A stretch of 60,251 nucleotides of DNA from Halobacteriales archaeon (GCA_022450005.1 JAKURE010000003.1:1-60251); one strand, 5' to 3'. Shown: positions 8,947 through 19,731, counted from the stretch's first letter. Numbers and translations are program-made. Notes: generated from the letters alone by a model not told the origin.

Positions 8947-10380
8947 ATGGACAATATTCCCAAAAACAATACCCAATACATTTCTAATCTAAAATCAAAC
9001 CCCCCTGTTACTGGTGGTTTGTTTGAAAATTTACTTAGTGTTGAACCAATTTTTAATAACAAAGAATTACTAAGACATTCTTTTACACCCGATACTCTAC
9101 CACACCGCGATTCTCAAATTCAAACTTTAGCTAGCATCCTTGTAGCAGCACTTCGTGGGGACACTCCTTCAAATATTCTTATTTATGGTAAAACAGGAAC
9201 TGGGAAAACGGCAAGTGTTAATTTTGTCACCCGTGAATTGGAACAAACTTCTACTCATTATGATATCCCCTGTGATGTTAAATTTATTAACTGTGAAGTT
9301 GTTGATACAAAATATCGAATTTTAGCAGAACTAGCTAATACTTTTATTGAGAAAAACACAGAGTATATCCTTAAAAAAATCTCCAAACTTGAGGATTCTT
9401 TAAATAATTCCCCAAACACATTCCCTACTGATGACCAACAACTACAATTAGAAGAAATCTCCAAACTTAAAGACGATCTCAATTCTTTCACAAAAGTACC
9501 CATGACTGGGTGGCCAACCGACACAGTATATTCCACCTTAGTCAAAGCGGTTGATTACCGCGAGCGTGTTGTTGTTATCATCCTTGATGAAATAGATAAA
9601 CTTGTAGAAAAAAGTGGAGATGATATCCTCTATAATCTTTCCCGAATGAACTCTGATTTAGATCATTCCCGTGTGTCGATTAAAGGAATTTCAAACGATC
9701 TCACTTTTACAGACCACCTAGACCCCCGTGTTAAATCCTCATTAGGCGAGGAGGAAATAATCTTTCCACCCTATGATGCACATCAATTAAATGATATACT
9801 CCAAAACCGTGCAACAATCGCATTTAAAGAAGGTGTTTTGGGACCTGGTGTAATCCGAATGTGCTCTGGATTCGCCGCACGAGAGCATGGGGATGCACGA
9901 CGAGCTCTGGATTTACTACGCACCGCTGGTGAGCTTGCAGAGCGCTCGGGTGATAGTGAAGTAACCACTGATTATGTAGAAGCGGCACAAGAAAAAATAG
10001 AACTCGACCGTGTCATCGAAGTCATTCGAACTTTACCAGACCAATCTAAATTTGTACTTTTTACAATTCTAGTTTTAACTGCAAAGGATGTTTCTCATAT
10101 CACAACAGGGGAAGTATATAACCTATACCGCCAACTTTGTAAAAACCAAGAACTAGATGTCCTAACTCATCGGAGGGTCACCGATCTAATTTCAGAATTG
10201 GATATGTTAGGAATTGTAAATGCAATAGTTGTAAGTAAAGGTAGATATGGACGAACCAAACAAATCACTCTATCCGTCCCCCAAGCCCATGTTGAAAAAG
10301 AATTACTATCAAACCAACGAAACCAACGTTTATTTACTGGTTTGGAGGACATTTCTATCATTTTCCAAAGTCAATTTTAA
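8947..10380 (+). CDS. orc1: Orc1/Cdc6 replication initiator (origin-linked copy)
   Basis: 477 aa. N-terminal LPHRD motif, Walker A GKTGTGKTA, Walker B ILDEID and a C-terminal winged-helix region. Adjacent to the ORB-bearing origin. Confidence 0.9.
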   Translation: MDNIPKNNTQYISNLKSNPPVTGGLFENLLSVEPIFNNKELLRHSFTPDTLPHRDSQIQTLASILVAALRGDTPSNILIYGKTGTGKTASVNFVTRELEQTSTHYDIPCDVKFINCEVVDTKYRILAELANTFIEKNTEYILKKISKLEDSLNNSPNTFPTDDQQLQLEEISKLKDDLNSFTKVPMTGWPTDTVYSTLVKAVDYRERVVVIILDEIDKLVEKSGDDILYNLSRMNSDLDHSRVSIKGISNDLTFTDHLDPRVKSSLGEEEIIFPPYDAHQLNDILQNRATIAFKEGVLGPGVIRMCSGFAAREHGDARRALDLLRTAGELAERSGDSEVTTDYVEAAQEKIELDRVIEVIRTLPDQSKFVLFTILVLTAKDVSHITTGEVYNLYRQLCKNQELDVLTHRRVTDLISELDMLGIVNAIVVSKGRYGRTKQITLSVPQAHVEKELLSNQRNQRLFTGLEDISIIFQSQF

Positions 10381-10961
10381 ATAAAATTCCCCACCATCTC
10401 GTTAAAAATTAATTTTATATACCCTATCCATGGTATTCGAACTTCTGCAGTCCCTTTTATCCATGAAGATTTAACTGGCCCACTAATCCCTTGAGATTGG
10501 TCATACCTCTCATTACCATCTCCCTTTGTAATGTAACCCTCATGGGGCGCGGGACAATTAAACATCGACCCACAATTCTTCCCCACAACCCAATTTGGGT
10601 TACCTCGTTCATACCAATCTTCCCCTTCTTCTACCCAAAATTCAGCCCTATGTATCACCGCAAAATTTGGATCCCCATTCGCATTAAAAATAATAACATC
10701 TCCTTTATCCCCAAATTTATAATATTTTTCCACATTCTCTTTTGTCACAATATCTCCAGTTCGTTCATCTCCCATGACAAAAACCAAATCCCCTTGATGT
10801 AGATTTGGTTCCATACTCTCACTCTCTATAGCTACCAATGGTGGCCAAGCCCCACTAACTCCAAACAAAATACCTCCTATTAAAAAAATGAAAAATAGAT
10901 CTTTTAAAATCAATCTACCAACTCCTCCTTCTTTAAACAAATCTATTATATTTCTAATCAT
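10377..10961 (-). CDS. sec11: Signal peptidase I, archaeal Sec11 type (S26B)
   Basis: 194 aa. N-terminal TM helix, catalytic Ser box SESMEPNLHQGDLV and a downstream H box (VIHR). Confidence 0.8.
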   Translation of the reverse strand: MIRNIIDLFKEGGVGRLILKDLFFIFLIGGILFGVSGAWPPLVAIESESMEPNLHQGDLVFVMGDERTGDIVTKENVEKYYKFGDKGDVIIFNANGDPNFAVIHRAEFWVEEGEDWYERGNPNWVVGKNCGSMFNCPAPHEGYITKGDGNERYDQSQGISGPVKSSWIKGTAEVRIPWIGYIKLIFNEMVGNFI

Positions 10962-11063
10962 ATACTCAATTCAATTCTCTACTCTATTATACTTCTAACT
11001 ACCTCTACATCAACCTTTCCGGGCCGCTATGTTTTTATCTTCCCCCCCGTTCTTTCCCTCCAC

Positions 11064-12470
11064 ATGCCACCAAACGAACTCTCTAACATTGCCCAAAAAT
11101 TGGTAAAATATGGGTACAATGCCGAACCTGAGGTGGTGCAATTTATCAATACAACCCCCGATCCCACTTCTACAATCAAATTCTTAATTTCTCATATCCC
11201 TGAAGGTATTTTTACCCTCGAAATGTCTCATATATCTGATATTTATGGAAATTCTTCCCCCCCCTCTCCTTCTCCTTCAATATCTATCTTAAATGATATG
11301 ACTGGAAACAGCACCGGCTCTGGAACATATGACGATTTCGTCTCCATTTTTCAAGACAGGCTATCTAAACTTTCAGCTATCCTTTCCAACCGAATAAATC
11401 CCTACCCTCTCGATTCTATCAAAAAAAATTCTGGTGAGGTCCGTGTTGTAGGGATGGTTTCTAACATCCAAAAAACAAATTCTAATCATGTCGTCCTTGA
11501 ACTTGAAGATATCACTGGGACATTTTCAATATTGGTACATAATAACAGTGAAATTTTCCATCTAACTGATGAGATACTTTTAGATGAAGTTATAGGTGTC
11601 AAGGGAAAGCTCTCCTCTGACTCTGAGATTTTATTTGCAGAGATGATTTATTTCCCCGACGTCCCTTCAAATTTCCAACCCCCTCATGCAAATAGACCTG
11701 TCCAAGCGGCATTGTTGAGTGATATACATGTTGGATCTAATCATTTCACATCTGAAATATGGTCTGATTTCACAAATTGGCTCAAAACACCCGAAGCAGA
11801 ACTTATTGAATATCTTTTAATCGCGGGAGATTTGGTTGAGGGTGTTGGGGTCTACCCCGGGCAAGACACAGACCTCGCAATTATTAATATATACGAACAA
11901 TACGAGGCCTTTATTGAATGTTTAAAAGAGATCCCTGGTGATATATCTATTATTATGATCCCTGGAAATCACGATGCAGTTAGATTGGCAGAGCCACAAC
12001 CAGCGTTCGATTCCGAAATTAGAAATTTACTTTCTTCTTCCAATACCCACCTCACCTCCAATCCCTCCACTGTGGTGGTAGAAGGAGTCCCTATTCTAAT
12101 GTACCACGGAGTGTCTTTAGATGAAATAATCGCAGAAACACCTTCCACCCAGGTCAGTTATGAAGCTCCTCAAAATGCCATGATCCAACTACTTAAAAAA
12201 CGCCATTTAGCCCCCCAATTTGGATCAAGAACTAGAATTTCCCCCGAGCAGAAAGATTATCTAGTCATTGATCAAATCCCTTCTATTTTCCATTCAGGCC
12301 ATGTCCATAAATTTGGGTATGGCAAATACCATAATGTGTTGGTCATTAATTCTGGCTGCTGGCAATCCCAAACCGATTTCCAAAAACGGGCTAACATAAC
12401 CCCCGATGTTGGGTATGCCCCCATTTTGGATCTGGATACTTTGAATTTAACCATTCGAAAATTTTCTTAA
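11064..12470 (+). CDS. polD1: DNA polymerase D small subunit (DP1, exonuclease)
   Basis: 468 aa. OB-fold region followed by calcineurin-like phosphoesterase motifs (DIHVGS, AGDLVEG, GNHD, HSGHVH). Confidence 0.9.
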   Translation: MPPNELSNIAQKLVKYGYNAEPEVVQFINTTPDPTSTIKFLISHIPEGIFTLEMSHISDIYGNSSPPSPSPSISILNDMTGNSTGSGTYDDFVSIFQDRLSKLSAILSNRINPYPLDSIKKNSGEVRVVGMVSNIQKTNSNHVVLELEDITGTFSILVHNNSEIFHLTDEILLDEVIGVKGKLSSDSEILFAEMIYFPDVPSNFQPPHANRPVQAALLSDIHVGSNHFTSEIWSDFTNWLKTPEAELIEYLLIAGDLVEGVGVYPGQDTDLAIINIYEQYEAFIECLKEIPGDISIIMIPGNHDAVRLAEPQPAFDSEIRNLLSSSNTHLTSNPSTVVVEGVPILMYHGVSLDEIIAETPSTQVSYEAPQNAMIQLLKKRHLAPQFGSRTRISPEQKDYLVIDQIPSIFHSGHVHKFGYGKYHNVLVINSGCWQSQTDFQKRANITPDVGYAPILDLDTLNLTIRKFS

Positions 12471-12550
12471 TTCCCTTTTCATTATTCTCTCCCAATTTCT
12501 GGAAAACACCGAATGATTCAAGTCCCCTCAACTTCCCTGATGGTTATATA

Positions 12551-13741
12551 GTGCGTGTAGTTGTAAAATTTGGAGGAACCAGTGTCGCCACTGGAGACCG
12601 CATCGAACGGGCAGCAACTTCTATAGAAAAACTAGTCAAAGAAGGACACGAAGCAGTTGTAGTTGTAAGCGCAATGGGCTCAACTACTGATGATTTATTT
12701 GATCAAATCACATTTGAAGCAGATCCCCAAGATCAAGCAGAAATAGTTAGCATGGGGGAACGAACTTCTGTGAGAATGTTAAAAGCTGCACTAACATCTA
12801 AAGGTCTCAAGTCCATCTTTCTCGAGCCCCAACATCCTCAGTGGCCGATTATCCTTGATGGAAATGGAATCGTTTCTATAACTGAAACTACCTCTCGATC
12901 TGCCAAACTAGAAACCATACTCCACGACACGGTACCTGTAGTCACTGGATTCTTGGCTGAGGATACTTCTGGAAATGTAACAACCCTCGGGCGTGGTGGT
13001 AGCGACACGACAGCAGTCATGCTTGGAAACTATCTAAACGCCGATGAAGTTGTAATCGTCACCGACGTTTCTGGTGTGATGACAGGAGATCCAAACGCCG
13101 TTGAAGGCGCTATGAATGTTGGAAAAATAAGTGTAGATGAACTACGCAGTCTATCTTTCCGCGGAGCCGAGGTCATAGCACCTTCTGCACTTTCTTATAA
13201 AACTGAGGAATTTGGACTTAGGGTGCTCCATTACCAACATGATGGACTCCTAACTGGTGGAACTGATGTCACTGGGAAATTTCAAAATTTGATAGATATG
13301 CGCGAACGCGCCGTAACGGGAGTCACCGTTGCTGGAAGGGCTGTGAGAAACACACCCCACATCTTAAGAGACCTATCTGTTATTCTAGGAGATTCTAATG
13401 TTAACATTCAAGCTGTATCTAGTGGACTTGACAGTATCACCTTTTATGTTGATAATGTGGACGGGAAAGACGTCGAATCCACTCTACACACTGCCGTGAT
13501 CGACATACCGACTCTTTCTAGTGTAACCGCCGAATCCCCCATTGCAGTAATTAGAATTTCTGGTGGTGTTGTAACCGACCAAACCACTGTGTTGAGGGAC
13601 CTTATGCTCACTCTATCAGAGCACAAGATTCGTCTAAATGATCTCATCACAAGTGCCACTTCTATAGGCGTTTTTGTCAATTGGAATCAACGTAAAGAAG
13701 CATTAAGTGTGGTCCAACAACTGTTTGATAAACTTGATTAA
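12551..13741 (+). CDS. lysC: Aspartate kinase
   Basis: 396 aa. GTG start, N-terminal VVKFGGTSV motif, GRGGSDTTA motif and C-terminal ACT-like repeats. Confidence 0.85.
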   Translation: MRVVVKFGGTSVATGDRIERAATSIEKLVKEGHEAVVVVSAMGSTTDDLFDQITFEADPQDQAEIVSMGERTSVRMLKAALTSKGLKSIFLEPQHPQWPIILDGNGIVSITETTSRSAKLETILHDTVPVVTGFLAEDTSGNVTTLGRGGSDTTAVMLGNYLNADEVVIVTDVSGVMTGDPNAVEGAMNVGKISVDELRSLSFRGAEVIAPSALSYKTEEFGLRVLHYQHDGLLTGGTDVTGKFQNLIDMRERAVTGVTVAGRAVRNTPHILRDLSVILGDSNVNIQAVSSGLDSITFYVDNVDGKDVESTLHTAVIDIPTLSSVTAESPIAVIRISGGVVTDQTTVLRDLMLTLSEHKIRLNDLITSATSIGVFVNWNQRKEALSVVQQLFDKLD

Positions 13742-13742
13742 A

Positions 13743-14309
13743 TTATTTATTATCCAAACTAAATTCTACAAATTTTCCCTTTACCATTCCAAATGCACAT
13801 ATTGAATGCTCAAACCCCATTCCATACATTCGATCAATAACCTCCCTCCCCGATTGTGGTTTGAAATTAAATACCTCTGGGCTATTTTTTTCATAAGTTG
13901 AAACAAACATGGGCTCTATCACCTCTCGCACGTCAAGTCCATCCTTTCTAATAATCCCAATGAACGATTCTTTCCCCACAATCCCCGCAATCCTTGGGGT
14001 GTCGTATTCATCCTTCTCATACCCCGATACAACTAACCCTTTTGTCAATGCATCTTTTGAATTTTCCCCCAACACGAGCCGCTCCACTATTTGGTCCACG
14101 TGGTCTCCATTTCCAATCACAACATAATCCCCCTCCACCCTAGCACAATTATATGCAACATATGGATTTTCTGTCTTCTGAGCCTCTGGTTTAAGTTCAA
14201 TACTCAAACATTCTTGTCTTTCCACCACATACCGATCCGGGAAAGAACGTGAACAAACACAATACCCTCCAAAATTTTCACCAACAACAATAAAACGCCC
14301 TACATACAT
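13743..14309 (-). CDS. purO: IMP cyclohydrolase, archaeal type
   Basis: 188 aa. The N-terminus MYVGRFIVVG and the overall length are typical of PurO. Confidence 0.75.
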   Translation of the reverse strand: MYVGRFIVVGENFGGYCVCSRSFPDRYVVERQECLSIELKPEAQKTENPYVAYNCARVEGDYVVIGNGDHVDQIVERLVLGENSKDALTKGLVVSGYEKDEYDTPRIAGIVGKESFIGIIRKDGLDVREVIEPMFVSTYEKNSPEVFNFKPQSGREVIDRMYGMGFEHSICAFGMVKGKFVEFSLDNK

Positions 14310-14409
14310 ATTTTACAATCAATTATATTGCCGCATGTATGTATCGATCCGCCTGCACACAAACAACAAAAAACTTTTAACATGAATCGGAGCCAACCCA
14401 TTTTTGGAT

Positions 14410-14482
14410 AGTCCCATGGGGTAGTGGCCAATCCTGTCGCGTTCTGGGCGCGACGACCTCGGTTCGAATCCGGGTGGGACTA
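14410..14482 (+). tRNA. tRNA-Gln (anticodon CTG)
   Basis: Hand-folded cloverleaf. Acceptor AGTCCCA/TGGGACT, anticodon stem TCGCG/CGCGA with loop TTCTGGG, T-arm CTCGG-TTCGAAT-CCGGG. CCA is not encoded. Confidence 0.9.
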
Positions 14483-14542
14483 CATCTTTATCTTTACTTT
14501 TGCATCGGTAGCTTAATAGATCGCCCCTTGAATTATAACCAC

Positions 14543-15946
14543 ATGTCCGTAGATTTAGTTATCAAAAACGGAACAATTCACACCTCTAGTAATAGTTATG
14601 CGGCAGATATAGCTATTAAAGATGGAATAATTGTCCACATTGGGACTTCTGCAACCACTCCCTCTGCAACCGAAACAATAGATGCCACTGGGAAAGAAAT
14701 TCTACCAGGGTTGGTCAATCAACATGTCCATTTTAGAGAACCTGGACAAACACATAAAGAGGATTTTGAAAAAGGGTCCCAAGCAGCAGCAGCAGGTGGC
14801 TACACCATGTATATGGACATGCCAAATTGCACACCTATAACGAACACACTTGAACGTTACCAAGATAAAGTTGCTCTTGCATCTGAAAAATCTTTAATTG
14901 ACCATAATAGCTGGGCAGGGGCAACAGATCCAGATGAAGTTGTTAAGATTTACAATAATACTGGAAATATAGGCTTTAAGATATTCATGCATCGCCACCC
15001 AGAAGTAGAATATCCATACGTCCCAGAACTAGCCGTTTACGAAACCAACCGGCTATATAATATTTTCGACGCTATCGCAAAAATGGATAAGAATATCCCG
15101 ATATCCATCCACCCCTCCGATGTACCATTGGCAGATGAGCTTTTTTACCGTCTCAAAGCTATGGGTGCTGATGATTATTCGGCGTTGCGTGAAGGAAAGG
15201 ACGGTATGAACATGACACTAGGGTGTTTTGAAGCCGCATTTCTTGCCCATATAACTGGATTAAAACATCTAAACATTCTACATTTAGGTTTCAACGAAAT
15301 AACACCAAAACCCCATCTAGATTTTGAAAACCGTGTCACACTAGTCGATCTTGTAAGAAAACTTAAAAGCTGGGGCTGGGATTTACATGGAGAAGCAGAA
15401 GCTTCTACATTCCTCCAACGAGATTCCAGTATCAATTGGAAACGAAGATGGTACACACCAGATCATGAAAAACTCTGGAAAGCCCTGGACGACGAAGTTT
15501 TTGATTTAATGTTAATCGAACATGCTCCGCAGCTAGAGGAGGAGGCAAACAAACCGGATGTCTGGGATGCCGCTTCTGGACTTTTAGGGGCACAGGACTT
15601 TTTACCACTCATTCTGACAGAAGTCAATAACGGTAGATTGACGATAAATAAACTGGTAAAAATGACCTCTGAAAACCCTGCAAAGTTTCTGGGAATATAT
15701 CCTAAAAAAGGAGCAATACAAGTAGGCTCTGACGCAGATATAACTCTAGTCGATTTAAACAGAAAATCTGTTATAGACGAATCCAAAACCTTTGCCAAAG
15801 CCGGATGGTCTAGCTTTGATGGTTATGATGTAGTTGGGGTCCCGACACAAACTATAGTCCGGGGAACTGTTGTTTACGATGAAGGTGAAATAACCACCGA
15901 CCCCGGATATGGAAAATATGTAGATAAAAACGAGTATTTCCACTGA
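14543..15946 (+). CDS. Cyclic amidohydrolase, dihydroorotase/allantoinase-like
   Basis: HVHFREPG metal motif, AAAGGYTMYMDMPN, and FKIFM (position of the carboxylated Lys). The start is set at ATG 14543 because the longer ORF (14474) overlaps tRNA-Gln. Confidence 0.7.
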   Translation: MSVDLVIKNGTIHTSSNSYAADIAIKDGIIVHIGTSATTPSATETIDATGKEILPGLVNQHVHFREPGQTHKEDFEKGSQAAAAGGYTMYMDMPNCTPITNTLERYQDKVALASEKSLIDHNSWAGATDPDEVVKIYNNTGNIGFKIFMHRHPEVEYPYVPELAVYETNRLYNIFDAIAKMDKNIPISIHPSDVPLADELFYRLKAMGADDYSALREGKDGMNMTLGCFEAAFLAHITGLKHLNILHLGFNEITPKPHLDFENRVTLVDLVRKLKSWGWDLHGEAEASTFLQRDSSINWKRRWYTPDHEKLWKALDDEVFDLMLIEHAPQLEEEANKPDVWDAASGLLGAQDFLPLILTEVNNGRLTINKLVKMTSENPAKFLGIYPKKGAIQVGSDADITLVDLNRKSVIDESKTFAKAGWSSFDGYDVVGVPTQTIVRGTVVYDEGEITTDPGYGKYVDKNEYFH

Positions 15947-15952
15947 TCCATT

Positions 15953-16864
15953 TTACGATTCTTCAATAATTTTTAATCCTTCATATTTCAAATGTTCTTC
16001 AAACCATTCTACTATTTGAGGTCCAACCGAGTCAATATATTTCCCATAAGCTGCGTAATGTGAAGTCCCTCTCTGGATTATGATTTTTTTAGGTGAAGAC
16101 GCCTTTTCATACAATCGAATAGTTTGACGTTCAGGTGTTGTGTCGTCATTTTCAACACAAATGAATAAAACCCCCCCTTCTATTTGCCCAACAACATCTT
16201 CTGGGCAATATTCTATTATAGCTTCTGCACAAGATAACGGCAATTCTTGTGGTATTTTTGTGTCCACATCACTTTTCACACTTGTTGTCATTCTTTCAGG
16301 CGTTGGGATCTGTAGCCCCTCCAATCCCCTAGATGGTATCATTTTACTTTTCCCCGTAAGGGCACGCTGTTTACGATCCTCTTCCAGTGCATCAAGCAAA
16401 CCAAGCCATTCATATTCTCTGCGCATACCCCTTACCCATTCCGCCCCATCTGCAACAGCATTGTTGGCTACCATACATTGTACCCGTTTATCCCGCGCAG
16501 CAGCAACAACCGCATTCCCACCACCCGTACCACCTGAGCCAAACAAACCAATCCGGTCATTGTCCACTTCATCTCTAGTTTCAATATAACTAACCGCATT
16601 GCGTATATCTGCTATCTGGCGCTCTGGATATAGGACCGAATCCCCTTCACTATCTCCAAACCCTCTATAATCAAAAACCAATACCACAAAACCCGCATCT
16701 ATCAACAAATCATGATATTGTTTGTATAATTTACCACCTTTTAATCCCAAAAAACCTGGTCCCTGCACGATTCCTGGGGCTGGCCCATCCATTTTGTCTG
16801 GTAATCTAAGTATGCCTGCAATCTTGTCCCCCTCGCTATAGAACGTAACATTTTCTTCTATCAT
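15953..16864 (-). CDS. Alpha/beta hydrolase fold protein
   Basis: 303 aa. General layout of the dienelactone hydrolase/S15-like families. The nucleophile-elbow region IGLFGSGGTGG is not a classic GxSxG. Confidence 0.6.
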   Translation of the reverse strand: MIEENVTFYSEGDKIAGILRLPDKMDGPAPGIVQGPGFLGLKGGKLYKQYHDLLIDAGFVVLVFDYRGFGDSEGDSVLYPERQIADIRNAVSYIETRDEVDNDRIGLFGSGGTGGGNAVVAAARDKRVQCMVANNAVADGAEWVRGMRREYEWLGLLDALEEDRKQRALTGKSKMIPSRGLEGLQIPTPERMTTSVKSDVDTKIPQELPLSCAEAIIEYCPEDVVGQIEGGVLFICVENDDTTPERQTIRLYEKASSPKKIIIQRGTSHYAAYGKYIDSVGPQIVEWFEEHLKYEGLKIIEES

Positions 16865-16969
16865 TCTTAATTATTATAGCCACCGTCCCTTGTTAAAACA
16901 ATCGCTATTCCCATGTGTATATACTAACAACAATCCATCTTTTATCCATTCTCATCCAATAGACTGTAT

Positions 16970-17251
16970 ATGCCTACTAAAAATATAGCAGTCATTGTCC
17001 ACATTAAAAGTGATTTTGAAAGCTGGGAAAAATTAATGCTGTCTAGTCTTGATAATCAAGACGCGGTTAATTCTGGAAAACAAATCTACGCAAAAGTAAA
17101 CGATAAAAAAGCGATTCTAATACGATATGATATGGATATGGAAGAGATGGCTGCCCGTGCTGGAAATCCTGATTTTGAAAAACTAATTGAAAACGACGTT
17201 GAGCGTCACGAATTCTACACCTTGGAAGAGCTGAAACCCCCTTCCAATTAA
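16970..17251 (+). CDS. Hypothetical small protein
   Basis: 93-aa ORF in a non-overlapped position with an ATG start. No motif recognised. Confidence 0.45.
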   Translation: MPTKNIAVIVHIKSDFESWEKLMLSSLDNQDAVNSGKQIYAKVNDKKAILIRYDMDMEEMAARAGNPDFEKLIENDVERHEFYTLEELKPPSN

Positions 17252-17259
17252 CCTCTCAC

Positions 17260-18246
17260 TTACCTCGGGCAGTTAGGGAGTATATCTTGTCCTAGTAAAT
17301 CCAAACAATAGTCCCAATCATCAAATCTCATCCGTAGGTCGAACACAAGGTGATTAAGCCCACTTTGAACAAATTTCTCTACACCTTCTACTATGTCTTC
17401 TGGCGTACCTGCCAATAATACCCCATCAAGATCTTCAACTTTAGTAAATTTCCCACCTTCTGGTTTGACCCATTTATCTCTTTTATTAGACGAATCTAGA
17501 AGTCCTTGAACATTTGCAGAATCAAGTGCTTTCTGTCGGTCCTCATCTGGACTTGTAATCGGAATTGCACCCACCGTTGGCCGTGGTCTTCCATGCTCTT
17601 TTGCTTCTCTTTCGAGCTTTTTAATGGCTTTTACAAAAGTTGGCATATTAATTCTACCTGGAAGCCACCCATCACAGAATTCGGCCGCCCAAGAAACAGC
17701 TAATGGAGTCGAACCTCCATACCATATGGGAATGTCACTAACTGGCTGAGGCCGAACCCATACATCCTCAAATGAAAATACATCTCCATCATGACTAAAG
17801 ACATCTTCATTCCATGCAGCTCTTAATATGTCTACATTTTCCCGCACAACCCCTGTTCTATTCTCATAACCCTCTGGAAAACCAATGGCGTCGAATTCAT
17901 GTTTAAAGTTTCCTGCACCAAGGCCGCAAATTGCCCTACCATTTGACATCCAATCCAAACTCGCAAATTGATGTGCAAGATGTAGGGGGTGCCTTAGTGG
18001 TATCACTACACCAGTTCCAAGTTCAATCTTTTTCGTAACAGTTGCCAACCCTGCTAATACGGCAAATGTGTCAACGTGTGTTTTGTCTGCACCCTCCATG
18101 CCATGTGGTTGAAATATCAAATGATCTCTAATCCATACCGAGTCAAGCCCATACTTCTCCGCCTTTATCGTTCCCTCAACTAATTTTTCCACCGATGCAT
18201 GTTCACCAAAATTGGGAAGTAATATTCCATATTTTTGTTTCTCCAT
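17260..18246 (-). CDS. LLM-class (luciferase-like) flavin/F420-dependent oxidoreductase
   Basis: 328 aa. N-terminus KYGILLPNFG... and a TIM-barrel LLM pattern (DSVWIRDHL, GLGAGN). Confidence 0.75.
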   Translation of the reverse strand: MEKQKYGILLPNFGEHASVEKLVEGTIKAEKYGLDSVWIRDHLIFQPHGMEGADKTHVDTFAVLAGLATVTKKIELGTGVVIPLRHPLHLAHQFASLDWMSNGRAICGLGAGNFKHEFDAIGFPEGYENRTGVVRENVDILRAAWNEDVFSHDGDVFSFEDVWVRPQPVSDIPIWYGGSTPLAVSWAAEFCDGWLPGRINMPTFVKAIKKLEREAKEHGRPRPTVGAIPITSPDEDRQKALDSANVQGLLDSSNKRDKWVKPEGGKFTKVEDLDGVLLAGTPEDIVEGVEKFVQSGLNHLVFDLRMRFDDWDYCLDLLGQDILPNCPR

Positions 18247-18300
18247 ATTATTACATCTCCCACAACTGTAATTAATTTGTTGAAGTCCCTGTTTGGGGTA

Positions 18301-19617
18301 TTATTCTTCTTCTGGAAGCGTTATTAAAACCTTTAAAATGCGCGTGTTATCGACCTCCTCTACCGCAATGTTAATATTCTCATATACGATAGATTCGCCC
18401 TCTTCTACTATTCTTCCAGCTTGATCTAAAATAAACCCCGCAATTGTTTCAAACTCATTTCCTTCTGGAAGCTCAATCCCCAAAACAGAATTTATTTCAT
18501 CTATATTGACATCTCCTCTTACCGCAATGACATTTGAAGATATGTGCTCTATTGGGACTTGTTCTTCACTTTCAAGAATTTCCCCAACAATTTCTTCGAG
18601 TATGTCTTCCAATGTGATTAAACCCTCTGCGGTGCCAAACTCATCCACCACGATTACCATCCCCAACCTCTGATTCTGCATTTCTTCCAATAATTCATCA
18701 ATCTTTTTAGACTCGGGCACGTGCATTGTAGGTTCTAAAATGCTTTTCAATGATGTTTCAGCCCCCTTTGATTTACTTTCTCGCAGCAAATTTCCTATTG
18801 TAACTACCCCTAGTATTTTGTCCAAATTATCACTATAAACTGGAAGACACATATGACCAGAACCCACACAAATATTTATTGCGTCTGATACACTCGACCC
18901 CGCAGAAACTGCGTCAATATCCAACCTGGGGGTCATAATCTCTTTAGCTATTGTTGTATCAAGATCAAATATACCTTGTAACATTTCAAGCTCTTCTTCT
19001 TCTATCACCCCTTCCACTTTCCCCACTTCTAATATATCTTGAATTTCATCTCGAGTAACATAGGGATTCTGTATAACTGCATCTGAATCTTCTTTTGTGA
19101 TTATTTGGGCCAATCTGATAAAAATAATCACAACGGGGGCAAAAACCGATTCAAAAACATCTACCACACGAGCAATCTTAACTGACCACGATTCTGGATT
19201 TTTTATGGCGTATGATTTGGGAATTATTTCTCCAAAAACCAATACCAGTATTGTGATGGTAAATGTGGCCAATGCAATTGCAATTCCCTCTGTAAAATAA
19301 AGTGCCAAAACACTCGTAGTTACAGAAGCCATTGCAATATTTACTATATTATTTCCCACAAGTAGCGTTACCAACAAATTTTGCGGACGTTCTCGGAGCC
19401 CTAACACCACTTTTGCGTTTGGAACATCTTCCGTTGCCATCGCATCAATCCGATGTTTTGAAAGAGAAAACATAGCTATTTCTGCAGAAGAGAAAAACGC
19501 AGACAGCCCTAGTAAAACCAGTATCAAAATTATAAATACTATTATCGCTAGCGAATTTGCAGGGACCATCCCCCCCGCACTTTCCAATATTGACAGCCCA
19601 TAAATCCAAGCGGACAT
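18301..19617 (-). CDS. CNNM/CorC-type transporter (DUF21 + CBS pair + CorC_HlyC)
   Basis: 438 aa. N-terminal four-helix membrane domain, tandem CBS region and the C-terminal CorC domain typical of hemolysin-family Mg/Co efflux proteins. Confidence 0.8.
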   Translation of the reverse strand: MSAWIYGLSILESAGGMVPANSLAIIVFIILILVLLGLSAFFSSAEIAMFSLSKHRIDAMATEDVPNAKVVLGLRERPQNLLVTLLVGNNIVNIAMASVTTSVLALYFTEGIAIALATFTITILVLVFGEIIPKSYAIKNPESWSVKIARVVDVFESVFAPVVIIFIRLAQIITKEDSDAVIQNPYVTRDEIQDILEVGKVEGVIEEEELEMLQGIFDLDTTIAKEIMTPRLDIDAVSAGSSVSDAINICVGSGHMCLPVYSDNLDKILGVVTIGNLLRESKSKGAETSLKSILEPTMHVPESKKIDELLEEMQNQRLGMVIVVDEFGTAEGLITLEDILEEIVGEILESEEQVPIEHISSNVIAVRGDVNIDEINSVLGIELPEGNEFETIAGFILDQAGRIVEEGESIVYENINIAVEEVDNTRILKVLITLPEEE

Positions 19618-19731
19618 TCGATTCTATCTCATTTACACTTTAAGATCTATTAAAAGTTCCTTTGACTCTTCCCCAATCTGTAAAATTAAATATATTCAAA
19701 TCACATATCCTTGTAATCAACGGCAATTAAG

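Noticed and set aside
9000-9017. CCCCCCTGTTACTGGTGG inside the orc1 coding start, reminiscent of an inverted ORB
   Set aside because: The dyad is poor (no TTCC/GGAA arms), and the sequence is constrained by coding NPPVTGG. I do not count it as an ORB.
8743-9062. 62-aa and 101-aa ORFs inside the origin region
   Set aside because: They span ORB elements and AT-rich repeats, overlap the orc1 start, and translate to low-complexity sequence. Non-coding origin DNA explains them better.
14474-14542. N-terminal 23 codons of the listed 14474-15946 ORF
   Set aside because: This part overlaps the 3' end of tRNA-Gln (14410-14482) and encodes a low-complexity peptide. The conserved amidohydrolase sequence starts at ATG 14543.
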